34,932 nucleotides of DNA from Paraphysomonas bandaiensis. Lineage: Eukaryota; Protista; Chrysophyceae. Under the pieces are notes generated by a model. It searched no databases, was not told where the DNA came from, and saw only the letters and a program-made list of their open reading frames with translations. The stretch spans positions 1 to 34,932 of the forward strand of contig CBFFRP010000381.1 of assembly GCA_965644295.1 (NCBI GenBank), written 5' to 3'. The number at the start of each line of letters is the position of its first letter. Positions within the stretch are counted from its first letter, which is position 1. The translations under genes and the position numbers were made by a program. This document shows, piece by piece, positions 24,960-34,932 of this stretch.

Positions 24960-26614
24960 TTGATCCGTTATTCTTCATAAATCTCTTCAGGTTCTATCTG
25001 GGAATATTGTCCCAGGTCTCTACTATCGTGGATGTTGATATGTTGCAACGTCTTCAGCAGTAGAGCTGCGTGTAGAGGCACTTGAGCCGAGCTATACATA
25101 CATATACCACATACATGCACTGCTAGAGGTCGAGTGATACTATTGGGATAAACCGTATGAAACACAAAACTACCTTTTCTAAACTAAGAGCATATAAAAA
25201 TAGGTCAAAAATCCAATAAAAACTAGTGTTTTATTAGAAAAGGGGGGGTTTGTACCACAAAATACAGTCCTGGCTGTTGGTTAAGCGAATGCTGCTCATG
25301 GCATGGTCTGTAGAGGACATGCATAACGAATATCTCGGATATGAGTGCTGGATGATGATATATATGCAGTCTTCAATGCACTTATGGACAGATATTAGCT
25401 TCCTTTGACTCAGTGTTTCCACAACACACATACATATCGTCTCATAGTTTGCAACTGACAACACGACGTCAGCGATTCATAGCGCGATACTCCATACACT
25501 GTTATTGAGTGGATGCTATGCACCCATCACAAGATACTCAGATGATAGACGGCGATGGTGCACATACACATCTGATGGAACAGATAGACAGAAGACACTG
25601 AAGGCAGACTTCAGTCCTCATACAGTACTATGTGCTGCACAGTTTTCCAGCTATACTCTGACGTAAACTACTCTAAGTCGCGCTTTCCCAATGCATACAC
25701 CACTCTGTAGGATAAGTCAAAGATGCAACGCTATTCACTGTATTCATTGATTACTAGGACGCACATTAGGACTTGAGTATGTGGTACGCCAATAGGGTTG
25801 AGGAATATGACAGCACTAGATGCGTGTGAGCGATGGTAATAGCAGCTTATCAACTTTCGACATTTCCGGTGCGTTTTTTATATCAATTCATTTTCCCCAT
25901 CGTTTATCGAGACCATTTACTTTTAATTTCTAAAAGGTAATGGTGATGTGCACAACATGTTTTCCAAATTACGTTGCCTCAGACGGATACCTGTCGTTTT
26001 ATCTTCACAATATTGAGCCACCTGGAAAGAATGACCTCAAAAGTATAATAATAATAGGTCACAGATGATACAATCCCCATAGGAGTCGTGCGGAAGTGTG
26101 TTATGCCGTTATGCCCATCGATTGTGAGCATCATGTTAAAGTGCTCTCGAGCGGGGATGTTTATGAGCGAGGTCCATAGAGTACCTGAAGTTCCATAGAT
26201 ATATATAATTGAAGTATTAGCCTAATAGTTGCGGTTACGGTATTACATGTATATGCAGTACTGGACAGGACTGAGAATTCTTCTATCATTTATCCACAGT
26301 TTACATATGTACATGTCTACCCGAATTGGAACTGTAAAATATATAAGATAACTCCTACATAGCTTCGATTAAACTCAAAACCGAAAAAATTAAGAACACA
26401 TATTTTTTTACGTGTGCTATTATTCAAGAATGTGAATCAAGCGTTGTATACTTAGGTAAATTGTTCCAGTAGTACTATTACAATAAAGATCTTTTTAGGT
26501 TATGTGAATTAAACCACTTCCTTGTTTTCGTCATGTCTTTAGAGCACAGTCGCAAAAGCGCCTCTACAAAATACACGTCTTGAAAAGTATTGTTCAAACG
26601 CCCTCATAGACATA

Positions 26615-28699
26615 TCACCACGCCGTCTCTTCTTCGTCATAGAAAAACTACAATTCCAGAAAACGATTAGTAGTGTAATCAGAATACAGATACGCTACAA
26701 GGCGTTCCCGTAATGGTGAATATATTTCATAATGTTCAATACACAAAATAAAATTGTTAGTTAGTAAATGATAGTTAGTCGACACACCTTTCCAGTAGGC
26801 AATGGATCGCTGTTCATAAGTGCCAACAGAGCGGGGGTCCTTGCACCATGTTCTAGGGTAATACTAGTTAAAATACGCACGTTCAAAGGTTTCGAGGTAG
26901 TGTACTTTTATGTTTTGAACATGCACTTCATAGCCTTGCTTTTACAAAATTACTTGTGCCCTACCTGCAGTTCTAGGGCCCTTATGCGAAGTCATGTCTG
27001 TATCGCAATAACCTAGTTGCAGATTGCCAAGAGTATTAATATAACCACAATCAGAGCACTTGTACATAGCATTTATGAATTCTCTTTCGTTCACCTGGAC
27101 AACAAGCATTGATAGCAACTCGAGGGGCTTCCTCACGAGCCAACACTTTGGTCATAGCAATCACACCGAGTTTGCTAACGGGTACTCATCAACAACAATC
27201 CACAACAAGACAGATGATATATCACGATAGAAAGTACGTTGTAGAATGAAAAAGACAATATCAAATGAAACAATACAGTTATGTAAAACTACAGGGCAAC
27301 GAGTGAACAAGATTACCTCATGCCATAACAAGTATCTGGCCAGTTATTGTCTCTGTGACAACCACTCTAGCAGAGTGACAGTTATAAGCAACAATTTGTA
27401 TAAAGCGAGTGTAATACGCGACAAACACACCCACGAGCAGCACAATAGAACATGCTTCTCAATATATCAGAGGGAGTGACTACACTATATATTCAATAAG
27501 TGTTCTCCTATGTGCCACTCCCTACCTCAACATCGCTCACAAAAGTCTCCATCATATTGTTCAGCTGATCTGCATAGAGAAACGTACACAGAGTTAACAA
27601 GATGTAGGCAGTGATACTAGAAAGACACTCACCAATAGTTAGGTCATTCGATGAAAAAGCTGCTCTTTTGTTCTGTTTATAGAATTAAGAGAGATGTTGC
27701 ATTATATCCTCAGTGTCTACCTCATCCTTAATAATTTTCAAATGACCAGTCTAAAAGTGATACATAGTGGATTATAAGAGCACGGTGATTGTAACAACAC
27801 AGATTATCCATCGACTGTATAACAAATTCATACATAGACAAGTTTAATATACATCATTACTCATCATATGAGGTTGTCAAGATATTACTAACTTATATCT
27901 ATACTACAGACATACCGATGATGCGACGTTAACAACACGTGCGGCCTCACCCTTCCTACATATATTCATAGCAACATTTCACTCGTCAATGTTAATAATT
28001 CAATACTACTATTTGCATACCTCAATAACGGAAGCATCTTTTGAGTTAAGGAAAGGGTTCCAAAGTAGTTTGTATGTACTGTCGGTCTTGCTTGCTGCAA
28101 TGCATGTAACTACGTCACACAATCGCACCAACAAAGTATAAATATACTAATACATTTACATGTACACTGAATCAACTTGGTGTGAATATACCTCTGCAAA
28201 TGGCGTCGGATCTGCCCCTGTATAAGTGTTACAAAAGCATATGTCGTAAAATACATGAACTACCTTTGAAAGCAATACCCGCATTGTTAACTAGCACGTC
28301 GCACTTATCAAAATCCTGTTCGATACCACGTCTACAACACAATCACTACTCGATACATACAATCCTTATTACTTACACAAAGGCGTCAATGCTATCCGAG
28401 TCACTACACATCCACACACTGTTAATACACAGCAGACGCATACGACACTATCAGATACCTGATATCCAACTGTCGAAAACTAACATCCCATGATGAATTA
28501 TTGCGGAGGACCTCTTGCACTGCATTTGATCCTCTTGTTTCATCTCTAGCGGCCATGATAACATGCAATCCCTCTGCAGCTAGTTTGTTAGCTATCTCAT
28601 ATCCAATCCCTGTATAGTGATAGATAAGACACACACAGGAGGATCAGGGGGGTGGGACTTACCCTTGTTACTTCCTGTTACTACTGCAAGTCTCTTCAT
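26615..28699 (-). CDS. Carbonyl reductase (CBR1-like NADPH short-chain dehydrogenase/reductase), 15 exons
   Basis: VVTGSNK|GIGYEIA, DVLVNNAGIAFK|GADPTPFAE|QA, TNYFGT, RVVNVASS, WPDTCYGMS|KLGV (YxxxK), INACCP|GYCDTDMT, E|HGARTP, GK|FFYDEEETAW*. All junctions keep frame. Confidence 0.93.
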
Positions 28700-29243
28700 A
28701 TTAGAATGGTGTTAGTTATAAGTGTTAAAGTGATGTGGAATGAGGTGTGTATGTATGTATATGTGTGTGTTCTATTCTATGATCATGTTCTACAGGCAGG
28801 ACATATACATGCATCCACAGTACACACATATACATCGTATACAAAGTGGTGTAGGAATTCCTATACGTATGTATATATGTATCAATGGAAGATTGAAGAA
28901 TGACTATGTGCTGCTGCTACTACACTTCTCGTACCTACATATCATGTACTGGTGTACAGTACAATCATACACATCTTCAATATAAAAGCTGAATATAAAA
29001 TAAAAAAAGTGGTGTTTTTTGATGTGCGTAAAAATGATTTTCCGATTGGAAATGTGATTTTGTCTTAGATATTTAGTTGATTTTCAGTATGTATAATATC
29101 TGGTAGTTAGAAAATCAATATAGGTAAACTTCAACTCCAGTCCTGTACTACAAGTACAGCAGTACATATACAACATCAGTACAATACACTCCATTCTAGC
29201 CAGTCATTTTTGAGTGATGGTATATGTATGCTCTCTTCATCAT

Positions 29244-29290
29244 ATGGTAGGTATGGTATGGTATGGTATGGTATGGTGTGGTATGGTATG
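29244..29290. repeat. (TGGTA)n pentanucleotide microsatellite
   Basis: Read directly. A similar tract with the same TGGTG variant lies at about 2662-2695. Confidence 0.85.
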
Positions 29291-29495
29291 CCAGTATTGG
29301 ACTACCCTTGCACTGAATACATACACACACACACATCCATACACACACATATATATACATACATATAGCTAGCCATTCCAACTAGAGTGTTACACTACTC
29401 TGAAACCATTACATCATATCATACCTTTAGAATAGTTTGTATTTATTTTCTAATTTATTCAGATATCATTTACGTATATTCGTAAAGTATTAACC

Positions 29496-30741
29496 ATGCC
29501 TGCTAACAACAAGTCAGAGAAAAGTAAGAAGAAGAGCAGCACACTGTGTGTTGTTCTGTGCCCTATCATGATAGCTCTTTCCATTGTATATGTACCTATT
29601 TTTTGGATTCATGTTTTAATGCTTCTTGATTATTACTATGAGCCGTTTGTGTTATTCGATTCGCCTCTGGCCTTAAAATATCACGATTTTCTACTCAGCC
29701 GAATGCCAGATCGTCCTGAGATCCCTCTACCAGAACTGTCCATCAATGAATTGACGAAAGAATCATTGGAGAAAAAGTCCAAAGGGTATACTTTTCCTGT
29801 GGTTATTCGAGGGATTCTTAAGGATAGTCCCGCTATTGAGTTGTTCGGAAACAAGACTTGGTGGGTAGAGAACTATGGGGACGAAGTTGTGCTCTGCAAA
29901 TATGTCCAGCAGATTGAGGCCGATTCTTCTCCTGAGTGCACTATATCAAAATCATTTGGAGATGCTGACGGCAGCAACCGGCTATACATATCTGGTGAGA
30001 GCAGATTGTTTATGCGCCGGCCTGAGCTGGAGCAGATGCTTCACTCTGATCTTTTGGAGAGTGTTGCCCCCGGGGAGAGAGTATTCACGCAGCTTTTTAT
30101 GGTATGTTTTTGAGTTCATTCTATGGATTATATTCTGGTGTTGTCTTACTCCATCTATAATTGAGACTGTTTTGTGTTTACCATGACTGAAACACTCTGT
30201 GTAGGGTTTTCCTAACATGGGTAGTGATGTGCACGCAGCTGTCGGATGTAATCTCTTCCGCATGGTTCATGGTCGTAAGAAATGGTGGCTTATTCCTCCT
30301 TCTCAGACACCCTACATTCGACCATCGATTAATAAGAATGGCTTTTCTGCCCACACTCTGACCACCATTGGCAAGGGGAACGAACAGGAATCTCCTAATT
30401 TGGCAAAATTAGAGCGATACACTGTTATCCTAGAGCCCGGGGATGTGCTACTCAACCCTGCTTGGTTCTGGCACGGTATTAAAAATTTGGGTGATGATGC
30501 TGACAGCTTGGTAATTGGAGTACCAACGAGATATTCTGTGAAAGGTGCTGTCCCAGCTTTCAAATCTAATCCACTTTTGACGGCTATTGCGCTGCGAGCT
30601 ATTTCTCAGCGGTTTGGAAGCAAGGAGAGCTTTGAATCTAATCCTGGAAATTTGCAGAATGGAATTGAGTTCGCACGCAACCAGCGCGCGGCGGAAATGA
30701 GACAGCAAAAAATCCGCGAGGAGATTGAAAGGGAGATGTAA
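29496..30741 (+). CDS. JmjC/cupin-8 Fe(II)/2-oxoglutarate oxygenase-like protein with an N-terminal membrane anchor and His-X-Ala metal site
   Basis: FPVVIRG, QLFM|GFPNMGSDVHAAVGCNLFRMVHGRKKWWLIPP, LEPGDVLLNPAWFWHGIKNL. Intron 30102-30204. Hydrophobic segment at about residues 17-45. Confidence 0.9.
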
Positions 30742-31351
30742 ATCGGAGTAGAAGCTTTAATTTGGAAGTCTACACTGTGTTTTTTTCCTGATGCAAAGGA
30801 TCAAAATTGCATTCAGTAGGATGTCATAGTGGCGGCACATCTCATATGGCTTTTCATATTATGCTTTGCCGACGGATGGCTATTTTGTCAGTTTCTAGTG
30901 ATAGTATACGTAAGTAGATAGTTTTACAGGTTCGGCTCATGAATATATTATACGCAATAGTATTGAACTACTATTCTGCGTACAATTTAAATGACATAGT
31001 AATATCTGCACACTGGAGCAATTAAACCATAAATATAATATATTGCTTGTGAACTTTTTTATCTGCATTGTTCTCATATGGAACCTCTCTGCTTATGTTT
31101 TCCACACTCTCTACTACTTATTCGAGCGAAACCCTGTCATAAATGTAGTAGATGGTTAAAGCAACATTCTTTTCTGGAGATGAACTGGGCTCATCAAAGC
31201 GACGCTTCGTATAATATTTGTGTTATATGTTATAATTTATAATCCTATAAAAAATCCTCTATGGTATATTAAATTTTAAAATAAATCCACATAATGAGAG
31301 CAGATGATACGGCACAGGAACACATTCCGCAATCTCGAGCTAATCTTACGC

Positions 31352-32197
31352 TTAGTCCACATCTACATTATTCAAATCGTCAGTTTCCTTTATTACAACA
31401 TCTATATCAGCTTCTCTCAACGACGCAACTGTGCTTTCGGCTTGCTCTTTACTTCCAACAAGATACACAATAGTGGAACTTCTCCTCGATTTCCGATTGC
31501 TTATCTTTTGGGTTTCATCTCCAACTTCCTCATTATCAAGCTTCAATTCCACCATATCGTCGTCGTCGTCATCACTGTCTGCTTCGTCACTAACCTGCCT
31601 CACATAAGTAGCAACGTCAAAAGGCCTCCCTCGGGGCTTGACGACGACAATTGTGGATCTTCTGCGTGACCTACCGGTTGGTCTCTGTGTGCACTCAACT
31701 GAACTCTCTAAATCAGATGCATTGTCCTCGTCATCATCGCTGTCATCTTCATTACTAATCTGCCTCACGTATTTCGCAAAATCAAACGGCTTGTCTTCAG
31801 ACTCAACCACGACTATCATGGACCCTTTACGTGATTTAGATGTAACTGTTTGTATATCTCTCACATCCATATCTCCATTCGTTTCATTATCACCAATAGG
31901 AGCCTCACTATAACTACTATGCATAGACTCACTGACCATAACAACTACAGAAGACCTACGCCTTCCTCTCTGCCTCACATTGCTTCTAGTAACACTGTTT
32001 GCATCCACTTCTATCTCTGTATGGGTGCAGTCATTGGAGGGAGTTTTCATGGAATTTTCCACAATATCCATAACGATATCATGCATAATATCTGCACATG
32101 GAAGAGACTGCTGTTCATTCGAATGTGTTTCGATGACATCAGAGGGAACAGCGTTATCATTAATGGTTTGTGATTTCGTTGATTGTGTGCATCCCAT
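31352..32197 (-). CDS. 281-aa acidic, disordered protein with a predicted myristoylated/palmitoylated N-terminus and internal repeats
   Basis: Single long ORF starting MGCTQS. Repeated RRSS/RKGS/RRST plus hydrophobic strand modules; duplicated PFDxAxYVRQxSxExDSDDD. Confidence 0.75.
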   Translation of the reverse strand: MGCTQSTKSQTINDNAVPSDVIETHSNEQQSLPCADIMHDIVMDIVENSMKTPSNDCTHTEIEVDANSVTRSNVRQRGRRRSSVVVMVSESMHSSYSEAPIGDNETNGDMDVRDIQTVTSKSRKGSMIVVVESEDKPFDFAKYVRQISNEDDSDDDEDNASDLESSVECTQRPTGRSRRRSTIVVVKPRGRPFDVATYVRQVSDEADSDDDDDDMVELKLDNEEVGDETQKISNRKSRRSSTIVYLVGSKEQAESTVASLREADIDVVIKETDDLNNVDVD

Positions 32198-32320
32198 TAC
32201 GAATTATATATAGATTACAGCAAGTGGATGTCCTGATACATAGTGACACCAGCACTGACACTGTGACTGATAACAACACCAACAGCTACACAGATATACA
32301 CAACAGATACCGTCTAGGGT

Positions 32321-32520
32321 GTATGTATGTCTGTCTGTATGTATGTATGTATGTATGTATGTATGTATGTATGTATGTATGTATGTATGTATGTATGTAT
32401 GTATGTATGTATGTATGTATGTATGTATGTATGTATGTATGTATGTATGTATGTATGTATGTATGTATGTATGTATGTATGTATGTATGTATGTATGTAT
32501 GTATGTATGTATGTATGTAT
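32321..32520. repeat. (TATG)n microsatellite of about 200 bp
   Basis: Read directly. Confidence 0.98.
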
Positions 32521-32727
32521 TGTGGCATGAAACCCCAGCCTTTTGGGAAAACCTTGGGTTTTTAGATTTGCGATCACTCTCCTTCAGGGTTTGCCTTGGG
32601 CACGTCCCTTCAGGATCGTGATATAGTGATAGGCAGTTGCTTCATGCCAGCCTATACATACATGATTCTTATATACATAATAACCATATATTCCTAGTCT
32701 TCTTTCTCTTGGTGTCTGTCAGCTACA
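32521..32727 (+). mobile_element. Putative 5' LTR (~207 bp)
   Basis: Begins TGTGGCATGA right at the microsatellite edge and ends TCAGCTACA (imperfect TG..CA inverted termini). TATA-like tract near 32670. The second LTR is not in the window. Confidence 0.5.
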
Positions 32728-32795
32728 ATATCGATATTCAGTTTAACTGATATCAAGGAGAGCAAGGAAATGAAAACGCGTTTTAGAACAAGAGT

Positions 32796-33187
32796 GTGAG
32801 GGGGTTCCTGAGGAGCCGAGACCCTCCAGTGTGATGGAAGGGAAGGAGGCAGGGGCCTCCGACCGAGAACTTCCAAAGAGTGATTTAGATTATGAGGGTG
32901 AGGGGGTTCCTGAGGAGCCGAGACCCTCCAGTGTGATGGAAGGGAAGGAGGCAGGGGCCTCCGACCGAGAACTTCCAAAGAGTGATTTAGATTATGAGGG
33001 TGAGGGGGTTCCTGAGGAGCCGAGACCCTCCAGTGTGATGGAAGGGAAGGAGGCAGGGGCCTCCGACCGAGAACTTCAAAAGAGGGATTTAAATTATGAG
33101 AGTGAGGGGGCTCTTGAGGAGCCGATAACCTCCAGTTCAACGGAAGGGAAGGAGGCAGAGGCCTCCGACCGAGAACTTCCGAAGAGT
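32796..33187 (+). repeat. 102-bp tandem repeat, about 3.8 copies, within the retroelement (34-aa unit)
   Basis: Units start at 32796, 32898, 33000 and 33102 and encode EGVPEEPRPSSVMEGKEAGASDRELPKSDLDYEG. Confidence 0.95.
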
Positions 33188-34932
33188 GGTTCGTATGGAA
33201 AATACTCCAAAGGTGAGTTCTGCGAATTATACTCGGCTGTCATGGGTTGAAATGAACAGGGTGGGAAAAGGATGTGCAAGGCTCTGCTTGATACTGGCGC
33301 GTCGGCGAACTTTATTAGTAAAGACGTTGTACAGTGGTTGATAGAGAGTGATTCTGTTCCAATACCTGTAATTAAGAATATTGCGGGTGGCTTGAAGTCT
33401 GCTTTTGCATTGTGTAGGAGGGGTGTACCCTTTGATGTAAAAATCCTTTCGGAGGCAAAGGAGCCTCCGGGGTTGCAAGCTAGGTTAACTGCTTGGGAAT
33501 TAGATTTAAATTTTGATATTATATTAGGAATGCAGACTGTACGAGAACTAGATTTAGTTGTACATTGCCCTAATGCTTTATGAGCACGGACAGCGCATGG
33601 CGGCTAGCCAACGTAGTGGGAAACAGCGCATTCCTTCATGCGAGAGAGAGAGATGATCAGTCTGGGGGAGCAGTGCCTCTTGGCCTGGGCGTGCACGCGT
33701 CTTACCCTTGTGGGGGGGAACGAGCCAGCGTTCGTCTACCGCTACGCAAAAATTATGACCTTGGGGTGCAGAGCGAGTTAGCTCCACTCGAGGTAGGAAT
33801 CAATGATAGTGGCGAAGATTGGTCATACCCAGTGGAGGAGCAGTTGCTCTCTCTGGGGGTCGAGGACCCTACTAACTTCTCGACCAGGTCCGCAAGGGAC
33901 CGAGAGAATATGAAGGAGATTCGCGATGATCAATTGGAGTCTATTGATTCTGATTATTTAAGTGCGGAAAAGGATCCGCAAGTGCTTCCAGATAAGATAT
34001 TTGGATCCCCGAGTTTACAGAGTCGTATCCGGGATGTCCTGGGGGAATACAAGGAGATATTCCGATTAGAGATTCGTAAAGGGGAACCAGCCAAGCTGGA
34101 GCCTTTTGAGTTAGAAGTCCGGAACCCGTCTGAAACGTGGTTGATACCGGCACATAAATTGCCTCCCCGGAGGTTAGACAGGAGTCGCCAGCGCGAGCTC
34201 CAACATTTGGTGGATAAGCTAGAGAAGTTAGGAGCAATCCAACTTAGCACAGCCACTCATCACAGTCATCCCTTTGTGGTGCCGAAGCCAGATAATAAAG
34301 GGCGGTGGGTAATAGACTATAAAAACTTAAATCGGGTCACGACTTCAGAAAGCTGGCCAATTCCAAATATAAGAGATATGATCTATAGAATTGGTGCCAG
34401 GGGGTAAACGATCCCGTGCTGGGTTGCCTTTATTACTCAAAACGGGGTGTACGAGTGGCTCCGGCTCCCCATGGGTTTAAAGTGCGCTCCATCTTATTTC
34501 CAGAGGCAAATGCAAAATATAGTGCTTGCGGGCCTGGTATATAATGAGTTTTCTTTGCATGCAATATTGGGAAATTATACAAAAAGTCTCAAGCGCATCG
34601 GAAAGTGCTCGACTGGTCAGTGGAGGCCACGGTAGCATTCGATGAGCGGAAGGAGCGAATTCATGAGTGTCCCTTATTATTTTTTATGGATGATGTTTTC
34701 CCCATCTATCTATATACTGATGCATCAATAATAGGGATTGGGGCTCATTTGGTGCAAATCGTGGAGGGTCACGACGCACAATAATTGGTATGATTAGTAA
34801 GACGTTCGAGTCAACCTTGGCGAAATGGCATACCTGTGAGCAGGAAGGATTTGCCATTTTTGTATGCCTTGAATAAGTGGGAATACTTGTTGAGAGATCG
34901 ACGTTTCATTGTTCGAACTGATAACGACAGCT

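Larger units (their letters stand above)
32521..34932 (+). mobile_element. Degenerate Ty3/Gypsy LTR retrotransposon, truncated by the window end
   Basis: Protease ALLDTGASANFI; RT PFVVPKPDNKGRWVIDYKNLN..WPIPNI and AFITQNGVYEWLRLPMGLKCAPSYFQRQM; RNase H IYLYTDAS..GIGAHL and KWEYLLRDRRFIVRTDN. PR-RT-RH order, with stops, frameshifts and deletions. Confidence 0.93.

Noticed and set aside
31304-32213. Plus-strand ORFs opposite the 281-aa gene, and similar antisense ORFs across other genes
   Set aside because: Shadows of real coding strands.
32170-32621. MYVC/YIHT ORFs
   Set aside because: Same microsatellite artefact.
32796-33187. Possible CRISPR-like array
   Set aside because: The units are contiguous with no unique spacers, there are no cas genes, and the context is a eukaryotic retroelement.

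Overview
Eukaryotic, gene-dense, intron-containing DNA with mostly 45-150 nt GT-AG introns and the standard genetic code. It is probably from a protist; a stramenopile is my guess and cannot be proven from this window. I reconstruct about 13 protein genes: a divergent tail-anchored PPCS-like gene with a frameshift, LCMT1/PPM1, a Cys-rich type I membrane protein, a SUN-domain protein, V-ATPase subunit F, a DUF5672 protein, an unknown protein, a small PET100/Cbp4-like membrane protein, a TBC1D23-like protein, an SLC25 glutamate-type carrier, a 15-exon carbonyl reductase, a membrane-anchored JmjC/cupin oxygenase and a dually acylated repeat protein. There is also a perfect-TIR MITE, two large (TATG)n arrays, decayed coding-like tracts and a degenerate Ty3/Gypsy element at the right end. 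Most notable: (1) the genes form head-to-head pairs, and each such promoter region carries the degenerate palindrome TACWGCWGTA; three also carry a nearly gap-free, nucleosome-sized repeat. (2) The JmjC enzyme has the His-X-Ala iron site typical of Fe/2OG halogenases and shares a promoter with a carbonyl reductase. All gene models were spliced by eye and no database search was run.
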